Assembly (NCBI GenBank): GCA_038734945.1
Contig: JAVYOA010000002.1
Location: forward strand, 372,001-422,013
Direction of reading: 5' to 3'
Source: Fervidicoccaceae archaeon
Lineage (GTDB): Archaea > Thermoproteota > Thermoprotei_A > Sulfolobales > Fervidicoccaceae
DNA length: 50,013 nucleotides
The notes beneath the pieces were generated by a model that saw only the letters and a program-made list of their open reading frames with translations, was not told the DNA's origin and searched no databases. Position numbers and translations under genes: made by a program. Positions 18,270 to 27,795 of the stretch are shown piece after piece. Within the stretch, counting starts at the first letter, position 1. Each line of letters begins with the position of its first letter.

Positions 18270-19280
18270 TCACTTAAAACCAGGTTTCCTCACCCTCACC
18301 ACATCTTTGTTCACGAGATCAGGTGGTACTCTGCCATTGAGGAATTCTATTAAGTTCATTGCTACTTTTTCTGCCATTGCATTTCTAGCTTCATGCGTCG
18401 CGCTTCCTATATGAGGGGCAAGCACAACATTTTTCAGCCCTGTGAGCTCATGTGATGCTGGAAGAGGTTCTTCCTCAAAGACATCGAGAGCAGCGCCAGC
18501 TATCCATCCTTCTTTGAGTGCCTTCACAAGGGCCCTAGTGTCAACTATGGCGCCTCTTGCAGCATTGATCAGATATGCTGTTGGCTTCATGAGCCTCAAT
18601 CTCTGCTCGTTTATTAGATGCCTTGTTTGCTCATTCAGATTTGCGTGAATTGTAACTACATCGCTGATTGACAGCAAATCGTCGAGCTCTGCATATTTCG
18701 CATTGAGGGCTTTCTCCTCCTCAGGAGATAGCCTAAATTGATCGTAGTAAACAATATTCATTCCAAATCCTATTGCCCTCCTGGCGACCTCTCTTCCTAT
18801 CCTTCCCATTCCTATTATGCCAAGAGTCTTTCCCTTCAGCTCCATGCCAAGAAGCATAAGAGGGTGCCAACCAGTTCTCGATCTTTCCCAGTCTCCATTT
18901 CTAACGAATGCATCGGCTTCCACTATTCTTCTGGTTATTGCAAGCAGCAGAGCCATAGTGAGATCGGCTGTTGCATCTGTTAGGACGCCAGGGGTGTTGG
19001 TAATGTATATGCCCTTCTCTGTAGCGTATTTTATATCTATGTTATCAAAACCAACTGCATATTGTGAAATTATTCTTAGATTCCTCGCTTTATCTATGAG
19101 CTCCTTATCTATTCTGTCTGTGAGTAGTGTGACTAGGGCATCAACTTCAGATGCCTTTTCCAATAGGATCTCTCTAGGGGGAGCCCAGTACTCCTTCCAA
19201 ACCTCAATTTCAAATTTATCCCTCAGCTTTTCAATCCCCACAGCTGGAATTTCCCTTGTTATAAAAAGTTTTGGTTTCAT
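18270..19280 (-). CDS. gyaR: Glyoxylate reductase
   Basis: [27 protein letters not shown] and PHIGSAT motifs. Confidence 0.9.
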   Translation of the reverse strand: MKPKLFITREIPAVGIEKLRDKFEIEVWKEYWAPPREILLEKASEVDALVTLLTDRIDKELIDKARNLRIISQYAVGFDNIDIKYATEKGIYITNTPGVLTDATADLTMALLLAITRRIVEADAFVRNGDWERSRTGWHPLMLLGMELKGKTLGIIGMGRIGREVARRAIGFGMNIVYYDQFRLSPEEEKALNAKYAELDDLLSISDVVTIHANLNEQTRHLINEQRLRLMKPTAYLINAARGAIVDTRALVKALKEGWIAGAALDVFEEEPLPASHELTGLKNVVLAPHIGSATHEARNAMAEKVAMNLIEFLNGRVPPDLVNKDVVRVRKPGFK

Positions 19281-19435
19281 TTTACAGCACCGACCATATT
19301 TTATTCATTAACAAAAATATAAAATCAATCATTGGCCTTTAGTATTGAGCTCGTTTTTGCTCAACCGAATAGAAATGCTTAATATCTTCCTCTATATTTT
19401 TTCCCTTTATGCAGTATGAAAATCGAGGAGGAAAA

Positions 19436-20215
19436 ATGTCCGAAGTTCACATACCAAAGAGCCATCCGCGATATAGAAGTCTTGTCGAAAGGGAGCTCAT
19501 TGTTGAGGGTCTAAAACAGGGAATAGTTGTACCGCAGGGATTGATTGCTCATGGTAGGGGGGAAGCCTTCGACTATATAATAGGAGAGAGAACGATTCCA
19601 GCTGCTATGCATGCAATAGACGTATCGGTAGCGAGAATTCTCCTGGCAAATCATCCAGTTATTTCAGTAAATGGGAACACGGCCGCGCTTGTGCCAAGAG
19701 AGATTGTTGAGCTTTCCAGGGAGACTGGAGCAGAAGTTGAAGTGAACCTGTTCTATAGGACAGAGGAGAGGGTGAGAAAAATAGCGGATCACCTGAAAAA
19801 GCATGGAGCTAACAGAATCCTTGGCGAAAAGTACGTCGAAGGTATACCGGGGCTAGAAAGCGAGAGGAGAAAGGTTGATCCGGAGGGGATTTTGAAAGCT
19901 GATGTCGTTCTCGTCATGCTTGAGGATGGTGATAGGACTGAGTATTTGAAAGCTATGGGAAAATTCGTCATAGCCATAGACCTGAACCCATTCTCGAGGA
20001 CTGCTAGGAAGGCAGACATAACCATTATGGATAACGTGACGAGAGCACTTCCAGTTATGATAGAAAGGGCGAGAGAGATGAAGAGCTGGAGTAGAGAAAG
20101 GCTGGAGAGCCTAGTTAATAGCTACAGTAATTCTGTCAAGCTTTCCGAATATGTTGAGCATATATTGAATAGGCTGAGAGAGGAGGTTGAGAGGCTGAGA
20201 GCGATGGAAAAATAG
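19436..20215 (+). CDS. Phosphopantothenate synthetase (4-phosphopantoate-beta-alanine ligase)
   Basis: IPKSHPRY, AHGRGEAFDY, SVNGN, LEDGDR and DLNPFSRTA motifs. Confidence 0.92.
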   Translation: MSEVHIPKSHPRYRSLVERELIVEGLKQGIVVPQGLIAHGRGEAFDYIIGERTIPAAMHAIDVSVARILLANHPVISVNGNTAALVPREIVELSRETGAEVEVNLFYRTEERVRKIADHLKKHGANRILGEKYVEGIPGLESERRKVDPEGILKADVVLVMLEDGDRTEYLKAMGKFVIAIDLNPFSRTARKADITIMDNVTRALPVMIERAREMKSWSRERLESLVNSYSNSVKLSEYVEHILNRLREEVERLRAMEK

Positions 20216-20226
20216 ATTAGCAAAAG

Positions 20227-21099
20227 TCATTCCATCAATTCTCTTATGCTGAGTCCATTTTCAGAAATAGTATGGCTTCTGGCATTCCCAAACAATGAGA
20301 TAAGTGACTCAAGTGCCTCATTCACTTCGCCTTTTTCGACGACAACTACAATGAGTCCCTTCTTCACGAAGTATCCCAAGGCATCAATCCTTCTGAAAGC
20401 TCTCTTGAGCTCTTCATCCATTTCCCTTGTCATCATTCCCACGCTCAAGCTGAATTCTCTCCCGGCTTCAACCAAGTTGCTGAGTGATGGGTTCTCAGCG
20501 AATTTCTTGAATATCCTTTCTCCTTCTTTCTTTATCTGTTCTCCGTAAGCCTGGAGCATTTTCTCTGTGCTCATTTTTCTGATGATGGATGTTATCACCC
20601 TGTATTTTCCAATGCTTTCGATTAGACTGTCAACAGCTGAATATCCCGGAGCTCCAGGGCTTTGCCTAATAACTATTCCTTTTCCCATGCATATTGCGCT
20701 TACATCTCCGAGTCCTGTGCCTGATCTCACTTCCGCTATGTGTGCTGCACGACAAATCTCTCCGAGCATAGTCCTACCTCTGGCATGCATGAGCAGATAG
20801 AAGGAATAAGATATCGAGAAGGCTGCACTGACAGCATAGCCTACCGAGTGAGGGAGGGGATCCCTATATTGAAAGGGAATGCTCTCCTTAATTTTGAGTA
20901 CTCTTCTTATGATGTTTGCTTGCCTGGGAGCTCTTGTGCGGAGAGGACCTCTTCCTGGATAGCATGCTACGGCATTTGGCTTGATAAGAAAGCCCGCTCC
21001 AATAGAGCCAGTCCTGAGAGGATCTTCTTCGTAGAAGGGGAGCCAGAAGGCTGAGATGTGGTGAGGAACCTCAATGCAAAGTCTTCGAGGAGCTTCCAA
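20227..21099 (-). CDS. Pantoate kinase (GHMP family)
   Basis: PHHISAF, TGSIGAG, AHIAEV..TGLGDV and GAPG motifs. Confidence 0.88.
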   Translation of the reverse strand: MEAPRRLCIEVPHHISAFWLPFYEEDPLRTGSIGAGFLIKPNAVACYPGRGPLRTRAPRQANIIRRVLKIKESIPFQYRDPLPHSVGYAVSAAFSISYSFYLLMHARGRTMLGEICRAAHIAEVRSGTGLGDVSAICMGKGIVIRQSPGAPGYSAVDSLIESIGKYRVITSIIRKMSTEKMLQAYGEQIKKEGERIFKKFAENPSLSNLVEAGREFSLSVGMMTREMDEELKRAFRRIDALGYFVKKGLIVVVVEKGEVNEALESLISLFGNARSHTISENGLSIRELME

Positions 21100-22384
21100 G
21101 TCTGAGATCCCTCACCACATCGAGTATTCTTCTAGCTATAAAGCGCTTGAGAGCTTTCTCAACTTTGATGACTTCCCCCCTCCTTGTTATTATTGTGATC
21201 TCATTGTAATCGCTGGAAAATCCTATGTCCTTCCTTGCCACGTTATTTGCTACAACGACATCTGCATTGTACTTGTTGAGCTTAGCTCTGGCTGCTTCCA
21301 TGAGTTGTTCCTCACTATCAACTGTTTCTGCTGCGAATACAACGAGAATGGAGTTCTTCTTTCTCCTGCCAACCTCTTCAACGATTTTTGGCGTTGGTTC
21401 CAGGGCTAAGTTCAGAATGCTGCTGCTCGAGATCTTTTTCTCCTCAGAATAAGTTGGTTTGAAGTCGGCGGGAGCTGCTGCCATTATTATTACATCTGGA
21501 GAAAAGGCTCCCATTTCACTGAGCACAGCATTCAGGAGCTCATTTGTTGTCTCCACAGATGTTTTGTTTCTTATCACTCTGAGCTCGCTTGACAATATGG
21601 GACCATGTATGAGTGAAACCTCTGCTCCCCTGTACATTGCTTCAATTGCCAGGGAAAGCCCCATTTTCCCCGAGCTTGGATTGCTTATGAATCTAACAGG
21701 ATCCAGATATTCTCTCGTGGGTCCTGAAGTAATCAGCATCTTCATTCCTCTCAGATCATTTCCCCGAGAGAGAATAGCCTCAACGTGCCATGAGAGCTCC
21801 CACTCCTCTGGAAATTTTGCTTTATCTCCCTCAATGATTGGTTCATGAAATAGTACACCTAGCTTCCTTAGCTTCTCAACATTTTCTGCATACTGAGGCG
21901 CTTTCATGAGCTGAATGTGCATTGTTGGTACAAGAATAACTGGCTTCCCTGCCCCAATGAAAGATAGCGCTGTGAGAGTTACTGGGGAATCGGCAATTCC
22001 ATTTGCAAGCTTGGAGACTGTGTTTTCAGTCGCAGGTGCTATGAGCATAGCATCGCACTCTTCGGAAAGAGCTATATGTCCTACTTCCCCTCCAAATCGT
22101 CCATGGAAAACTCTATTGCCAGTGGCCCATTCAAAAAGCTCGGGTGAGACAAGCCTGGCTGCTTCCTCACTCATCACCACATGAACTTCCAGACCATTTC
22201 TCATAAGGGACCTCGCCACATCAATCGATCTGTAGAGGGAGACGCTGGAAGTAACTCCTAGAACTATGCACTTTCCCATCAGCTCCTTTGATTGCTCACC
22301 GATTATCTTCTTGGATGGATGCCTAATTCTTTTAATATTCGTGAAGTCCTCCAAGATTAACCCTTTCCGAGGATTTTTCCTCAT
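21071..22384 (-). CDS. coaBC: Phosphopantothenoylcysteine decarboxylase/ligase CoaBC
   Basis: HIAL, APAT and GPTREYLDPVRFISNPSSGKMG motifs. Confidence 0.95.
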   Translation of the reverse strand: MRKNPRKGLILEDFTNIKRIRHPSKKIIGEQSKELMGKCIVLGVTSSVSLYRSIDVARSLMRNGLEVHVVMSEEAARLVSPELFEWATGNRVFHGRFGGEVGHIALSEECDAMLIAPATENTVSKLANGIADSPVTLTALSFIGAGKPVILVPTMHIQLMKAPQYAENVEKLRKLGVLFHEPIIEGDKAKFPEEWELSWHVEAILSRGNDLRGMKMLITSGPTREYLDPVRFISNPSSGKMGLSLAIEAMYRGAEVSLIHGPILSSELRVIRNKTSVETTNELLNAVLSEMGAFSPDVIIMAAAPADFKPTYSEEKKISSSSILNLALEPTPKIVEEVGRRKKNSILVVFAAETVDSEEQLMEAARAKLNKYNADVVVANNVARKDIGFSSDYNEITIITRRGEVIKVEKALKRFIARRILDVVRDLRLGSSSKTLH

Positions 22385-22418
22385 AAAAAATTGGCAAAGA
22401 AAAGAAAATTAATGTTAC

Positions 22419-23072
22419 CTAATAAACCTCTTTTTCCCTCAGAAGTATCTCGCAGCATTTCCTAACAAATCCATAGAATATATGAAAATCGATATAATCG
22501 TACTTTGTATTAACGAGTGCATAAATTCCGCTCCTACTTTTCACTTCTCTCAGCAAGAACTTCCCGAACTTCTCCTTTTCCTCAATGCCTGGTATTTCCA
22601 GTGCTCTCCCCTTTACATAGAATATTAGCGCTGCACTTCCTCCCCAAGCTATTATCTCATCCCTTATAAGCAGAGCGTCGCTGACCGTCAAATCCTTGAT
22701 GTTAGATGCTTGAAGTCCTATGAGAAGGGGGTTCATCCAATCATTTAGCTCTAGCTCATGAAAGATCCTCCTGCTAAGCATGCAGTCAAATATGCTGCTT
22801 AGCTGACCTCTAAGCCTCTTAGTTCTGCCACTAATATCGAGAAGGCCTAAGTCGCTCAATTTCTTCAGAGCGCTCCTTATTATTTGTTCAGAAGTTGCCA
22901 GATTTCTTGCTAGCTGTACCCTTCCTCTCTCAGGGTCCTGCGAGAGAATATAGAGAATTGAGAACAGAAGAGAAGGGCTAGAGGAGTTGCTGCTTCCTGC
23001 CATCGCTTCAAGCTCGCTGATTATTCTGCAAATTTCCGCTATCTGAGCTGAGCCACATGTCCTCATTAACAT
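22419..23072 (-). CDS. Putative wHTH protein (DUF4443-like)
   Basis: GRVQLARNL..EQIIRSALKKL..GLL; IRDEIIAWGGSAAL. Confidence 0.5.
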   Translation of the reverse strand: MLMRTCGSAQIAEICRIISELEAMAGSSNSSSPSLLFSILYILSQDPERGRVQLARNLATSEQIIRSALKKLSDLGLLDISGRTKRLRGQLSSIFDCMLSRRIFHELELNDWMNPLLIGLQASNIKDLTVSDALLIRDEIIAWGGSAALIFYVKGRALEIPGIEEKEKFGKFLLREVKSRSGIYALVNTKYDYIDFHIFYGFVRKCCEILLREKEVY

Positions 23073-23310
23073 AACCTCCGCTTCTAATTATTTCGATAGC
23101 AATTTCCCTCGATGTAATTTCGCTATTTCTTAATATAGCTTCTCTAATAGCTTCAATATTAGGTTTTGTTTTTATCCCGTATTCTTCCCAGAGCCATTCC
23201 ACTAGTTCATTTAGTTTGTCTCTCTTTAGTTTCAGCAGCTCCTCCACCAAGTATTGCTTTATCTTGTTTTCCTTCCTTTTAAAATCGCGAACATTTTTAA
23301 TTATATTCAC
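23008..23310 (-). CDS. Hypothetical protein
   Basis: 100 aa ORF co-oriented between aspS and the HTH gene. Confidence 0.6.
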   Translation of the reverse strand: MNIIKNVRDFKRKENKIKQYLVEELLKLKRDKLNELVEWLWEEYGIKTKPNIEAIREAILRNSEITSREIAIEIIRSGGYVNEDMWLSSDSGNLQNNQRA

Positions 23311-23388
23311 CCCAGAGCTATAATTTTTCGATTGAAGATGCCTGTGTTGCAGTGTGCTTTGGATTTCAAGCGAACAATTTTTCAGGAA

Positions 23389-24714
23389 TCATGGAGTGAG
23401 CCTCTCTGGGTCTCTCGGCAGCAGTCTTGCCTCCCTGATGTTCTTTATTCCAAGCATTTGGGCAACCAGCCTTTCAAGTCCAAGTCCTGAGCCTCCATGC
23501 GGAGGAGCGCCATAGCGGAAAACTCTTATGAAGAACTCGAAGTTCTCAACCTTCAGTCCCTTCTCTCTTATCTGGCTCTCCAGCACATCTGCTCTGTGCT
23601 CCCTCTGACTGCCACTCACAATTTCCATCCCTCTATAGATGAGATCGAAGCTTTTAGTGTAGGTTGGCTCATCCTCTTTCTTCATTGTATAGAATGGCCT
23701 CTTCACCCATGGATATTCCGTAATATAGAATAGCTGGGAGCCAAATTCCTTCTCCATTATATCTCCCAAACCCTTTTCTCCCTCACTATCGATGTCGTTA
23801 GGATCTGGCTGCTTTATACCATGCTCTCTGAGCAATTTATGAGCCTCTCTGAATGTTATCCTTGGGACGTCTCTGGGAACTTCAAGGGAGATATTGAAGT
23901 ACTGCCCAATTTCTTTCTTGAATCTCTGAAGCACGACTTCTATTGAATGTATGACAGCTCTTTCAACAACTTTCATTACATCCTCGTGATCATCTATGAA
24001 TCCCATCTCTATATCTACAGACTCGTATTCGGTTAGATGCCTGTTGGTATGATGCTTCTCTGCTCTATAGACTGGCCCTACCTCGAAAACCCTTTCGAAA
24101 CCAGCAACAACCATCATTTGTTTATATAGCTGCGGGCTCTGGGCAAGGTAAGCACTTCTGTCAAAATATATTACAGGGAAAACCTCAGCCCCACCCTCCG
24201 TTGCCTCAGCTACAATCTTAGGCGTAAAGACTTCCAGGAATCCGTTGCTTCTGTAGAACTCCCTCAAAGCATTAACTGCTACATCCGTCACTTCAAATAT
24301 GAGCTTGTTCCTTGGAGCTCTGAGGTCCAGAAATCTCCAGTCGAGTCTTGTTGCCAGGTTTGTTTTTTCCCAGTCATCTGGATCGATAGGAACTGGTCGG
24401 GCAGCCTGTGAGATTATGTGAATTTCCTCAGCATTTATTTCCTTGCCACCCAGAGAAGCTTTACTGTCCCTCAATACTCCTTTCACAGCAATGACATCCT
24501 CTGAACCGAGTTCCCTCGCTAAGCTATAGGCTTGAGGATTAGTATCTTTCTTCGCCACGCACTGAATTGCCCCCGTTCTATCACGAATTATGATAAAGGC
24601 TACTCCTCCCACCAATCTAACTGTATGCACCCATCCAGCAACAAGCAGCTTTTCTCCCTCCGTTTTGCGGAGGGCTTCAGAGATGCTTATCCTCTCCTTG
24701 AGAGATACTGACAT
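23389..24714 (-). CDS. aspS: Aspartyl-tRNA synthetase (archaeal type)
   Basis: OB domain; AYLAQSPQLYKQ, YRAE..RHLTE and PPHGG.GLGLER motifs. Confidence 0.95.
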   Translation of the reverse strand: MSVSLKERISISEALRKTEGEKLLVAGWVHTVRLVGGVAFIIIRDRTGAIQCVAKKDTNPQAYSLARELGSEDVIAVKGVLRDSKASLGGKEINAEEIHIISQAARPVPIDPDDWEKTNLATRLDWRFLDLRAPRNKLIFEVTDVAVNALREFYRSNGFLEVFTPKIVAEATEGGAEVFPVIYFDRSAYLAQSPQLYKQMMVVAGFERVFEVGPVYRAEKHHTNRHLTEYESVDIEMGFIDDHEDVMKVVERAVIHSIEVVLQRFKKEIGQYFNISLEVPRDVPRITFREAHKLLREHGIKQPDPNDIDSEGEKGLGDIMEKEFGSQLFYITEYPWVKRPFYTMKKEDEPTYTKSFDLIYRGMEIVSGSQREHRADVLESQIREKGLKVENFEFFIRVFRYGAPPHGGSGLGLERLVAQMLGIKNIREARLLPRDPERLTP

Positions 24715-24814
24715 TTAACATCACTTTCCAGAACATTGTTGGCTCTGATGTCTTAGTTCCTTGATACTGAGATAAAAAGGTTTTCTGGCTGAAGGTTCTT
24801 TAGTCCACTCAATA

Positions 24815-24830
24815 TTCAAATGAATTTGAA
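24815..24830. promoter_or_regulatory. Palindrome TTCAAAT-GA-ATTTGAA (putative operator)
   Basis: Perfect 7-bp inverted repeat in the divergent aspS/PAC2 intergenic region. Confidence 0.35.
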
Positions 24831-25043
24831 AAAACTGAATTTGCATAAACTGTCCTCTTAAACAATTTTTCCTCTTCCTTTGAAGAAACGGCTGAGCTGT
24901 GATCCTACAGAATGTATTTCCCAGTCATGTGAAAGTCGTGTTGCTTCTTACTATATGAAACGAGAATGAGCAACGCTTTTGATTTCCCATAACTTATTAA
25001 GCAATTAAATAATAATAGTAAAATTGAGAGGATGTGAAGATCT

Positions 25044-25790
25044 TTGCTCACAATAATAGAGAAGGAGAATCTGAAAGATCTTTCTGGAAAAACCGTCATA
25101 GTAGGCTTTCCAGGAATGGCATTCATAGGGAAAGTTACAGCAGATGTTCTTGTTAACAAGCTTTCTCTGAAAGAGGTGGCTGAGATCTACTCTTACGATG
25201 CTCCTGCATCAGTGGGTGTAAGCGAGGGGCTTATACAGCTTCCCTCAATAAAGATATACAGCAATCATGACCTAGATCTGGCAGTTCTTACAGCCTCATA
25301 TCAGCCTCAGGCTGAGGAAGGGCAGAACAGGCTAGCCCATGAGCTGAGCAGAAAGCTATCGGAGATCGGAGTTAGAAGAATTATCTCTGCCGCTGCCTAT
25401 GTGACTCCAGAGGTTCCGGAGAAGAGAAGGGTGTTTGTGGCTGCCACCGAGAAGCGCTTGGTGGAGGAGTTCAGCGCTCTTGGCTGCATTCCCATGGATG
25501 GCGGGATTTCTGGTTTGAACGGACTGCTTCCAGGGCTCGCTGAGATATATGGCATGGAGGGAGCAGCTTTGTTGGGAGAAACTGGGGAATTCTTCGTTGC
25601 TGGAGGAATGGTTGATTACCTCTCGGTGGCTGAGATTGTTAAGGTCATTTCATCATATCTTCAGCTCAATATAGCAGTAGATGAGCTCATAGAGAGAGCA
25701 AGAGAAATAGAGGAGGGAGTGAAAAGGGCAATAGCAAGAAGCATGACTATGGAGGAAAAGAAGGAGAAAGAGCCATCGACACATATGTAA
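25044..25790 (+). CDS. PAC2-family proteasome assembly chaperone
   Basis: IVGFPGMAFIGK, ISGLNGLL and LLGET motifs. Confidence 0.88.
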   Translation: MLTIIEKENLKDLSGKTVIVGFPGMAFIGKVTADVLVNKLSLKEVAEIYSYDAPASVGVSEGLIQLPSIKIYSNHDLDLAVLTASYQPQAEEGQNRLAHELSRKLSEIGVRRIISAAAYVTPEVPEKRRVFVAATEKRLVEEFSALGCIPMDGGISGLNGLLPGLAEIYGMEGAALLGETGEFFVAGGMVDYLSVAEIVKVISSYLQLNIAVDELIERAREIEEGVKRAIARSMTMEEKKEKEPSTHM

Positions 25791-25833
25791 AATAAGGAGA
25801 ATGCTGTGATGATTGGGGTTCGTTGGGGTAAAA

Positions 25834-26535
25834 ATGAACTTTCGAAGACCCATCGATATATCTTCGCTCCTGGATCAAACATCTTTTAAAATAGTGGATG
25901 GTAAGAAGCTAGCAGTTAAGAACTATACAAAGCCCAGCGGGATAATAAAGTGGCTTTTGCTGAACTTTCCTCCAATCCCATTTTACTATCCGCTTACTCT
26001 GGATCCTGCAGAGAGAATGAGAAGGGAAATAGATTTTTTCTCGCATGAGGCGGAAGGATTTCTCATTCCAAAAATTTACAATATTGACTGGAAAAAAATT
26101 GTGCTTGAAAGGGAATATATTGAGGGGAGGCATCCATCATTTGAAGATGAGAAGGACCTGAAATCCGTGGGAATGGCTTTATCATTCATTCATAGGGCCG
26201 AAAGATGTCTTGGAGATACGAAGCCTCAGAACTTTCTCATAGCTGAAAATGGTGTATATGTCATAGATGCTGAACAAAGCCTGCTGTCCTGCCAGAAGAG
26301 GAGATTTATAGGCTGGGATGTAGCGCTATCAATCCTATTCATTTTCTGGAACAATCCCCTCATAAGCCCAAATGAGTTCTCCTCAAAGGTGAGATCTTTT
26401 CTGAACGGCTACAAGGAGGCTGGCAGCAAAATAAGCTGGGAAATCGTTAGAGAAGCGCATCCACTCATACTTTTGACACCTCCCCAACTTCTTCTAATTG
26501 TAAGGGAGTCTTTGAGCTTAGAGAATAATGTCTAG
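25834..26535 (+). CDS. Atypical protein-kinase-like (RIO/Kdo/APH fold) protein
   Basis: AVK, REYIEG, LGDTKPQN and IDAEQ motifs. Confidence 0.7.
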   Translation: MNFRRPIDISSLLDQTSFKIVDGKKLAVKNYTKPSGIIKWLLLNFPPIPFYYPLTLDPAERMRREIDFFSHEAEGFLIPKIYNIDWKKIVLEREYIEGRHPSFEDEKDLKSVGMALSFIHRAERCLGDTKPQNFLIAENGVYVIDAEQSLLSCQKRRFIGWDVALSILFIFWNNPLISPNEFSSKVRSFLNGYKEAGSKISWEIVREAHPLILLTPPQLLLIVRESLSLENNV

Positions 26536-26565
26536 AACTAAAAATTGGTAAATAAAGCGACGAGG

Positions 26566-27732
26566 CTAGTGTTTGGAAATCATTCTGTAGAGCATTATTG
26601 CTGAACCTGAGTTTACTGCGAGGGAATAGATAACTGCCGCAAAGGGATGCAGCGAATAGAGAACGGCGAAGAAGATTGAGCCTATTCCGAAAGCTATGGC
26701 TTGGGCAACTGCATATGCTCCAAAGCCTCCAGCATAGTCCTGTACGGATAGCTCGGATATTGTTGCCCTGAATGCAGATTCGAAATAGCCTGTCACAATT
26801 CCCCAGAGCGTTGCTCCCAAGGCATATTGATATATGCTACCTCCATTGTTAATGAGAAGATAGGTAGCCAAGGCGCTTGCCGGCGGAACAGCTATGTATA
26901 TGAGAAGCTTCGCTCTTTCATAAACAAAGCCAATTGATATTGCTGCCAGAGCATCAGTAATCATTGCGATCATGTACATGAGAGCAACAACGTTGCTTCC
27001 AACTCCTGTATTAACCATGTGATAGGAAACAATCCCCCATGGGACATATGCAGCAGTTATCAAGCCGAAGAGAATGATGAAATCTCTCAGCTCTCCTCTG
27101 ATTTCCCTTATTTTTATTTTCATGCTTATTTCGAGCGATGACAGCCTTGGATAGAGTATGAATGCGGTGAGAACCAGAAAAATGCTAATTGATGCTGGAA
27201 TTGCCAAGAACTTGAAACCTGCCGAATAGCCCCCGTGTCCGCTCAAGAAATATGCTATTATTAAAGGACCAGTAACTGCACCTATTTGATCCAAGAACTC
27301 ATGTATTCCGAAAGCCCTTCCCTTCCCTATTTCCTCTGTGACCTCGGAGAGAATCACGTCTCTTGAGGGGGTCCTCAAACCCTTTCCAACTCTTTCAAAC
27401 ATGAGCAAAGCGAAGGCTATCTGCCAGCTTCCAGCTATTACAAGTGCCGGGATAACTGCCAGATTCAGAATGTAGCCAAGTATTACAGTAAGCCAAAGGA
27501 ATATGCTACCTCTATAATTGGAAATAATGAGCCCAGTAATTCCTCTGGCAACATATGAAATGAGCTCACCCAGTCCCAGAAGACCTGCAAAGAGAGCAGG
27601 GGCTTCTAGGTACTCCAGAAAAGCTCCTCCCACAGATCTGGCTCCTTCATAGGTCATATCTGCAAAGAGGCTGACAAAGCTAAGAATCAAAAAAATTAGA
27701 ATCTTTCTGCTTATATTCAAAACTAAGATCAC
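26566..27732 (-). CDS. MFS transporter
   Basis: ADMTYEGARS, ERVGKGLRTPSRD and many TM segments. Confidence 0.88.
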   Translation of the reverse strand: MILVLNISRKILIFLILSFVSLFADMTYEGARSVGGAFLEYLEAPALFAGLLGLGELISYVARGITGLIISNYRGSIFLWLTVILGYILNLAVIPALVIAGSWQIAFALLMFERVGKGLRTPSRDVILSEVTEEIGKGRAFGIHEFLDQIGAVTGPLIIAYFLSGHGGYSAGFKFLAIPASISIFLVLTAFILYPRLSSLEISMKIKIREIRGELRDFIILFGLITAAYVPWGIVSYHMVNTGVGSNVVALMYMIAMITDALAAISIGFVYERAKLLIYIAVPPASALATYLLINNGGSIYQYALGATLWGIVTGYFESAFRATISELSVQDYAGGFGAYAVAQAIAFGIGSIFFAVLYSLHPFAAVIYSLAVNSGSAIMLYRMISKH

Positions 27733-27795
27733 CTTTCGTTTTGCTAAAAAAATTCTCCTTAATTAATATGAGCTTTTATTAGTGGAAAAAAGTTT

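Noticed and set aside
23389..24714. Discriminating versus non-discriminating AspRS assignment
   Set aside because: The anticodon-loop sequence (KASLGG) is not decisive by eye
24744..24792. CTGATG..CTGA..CTGA as a possible C/D sRNA
   Set aside because: No C' box, no terminal stem and no recognisable target
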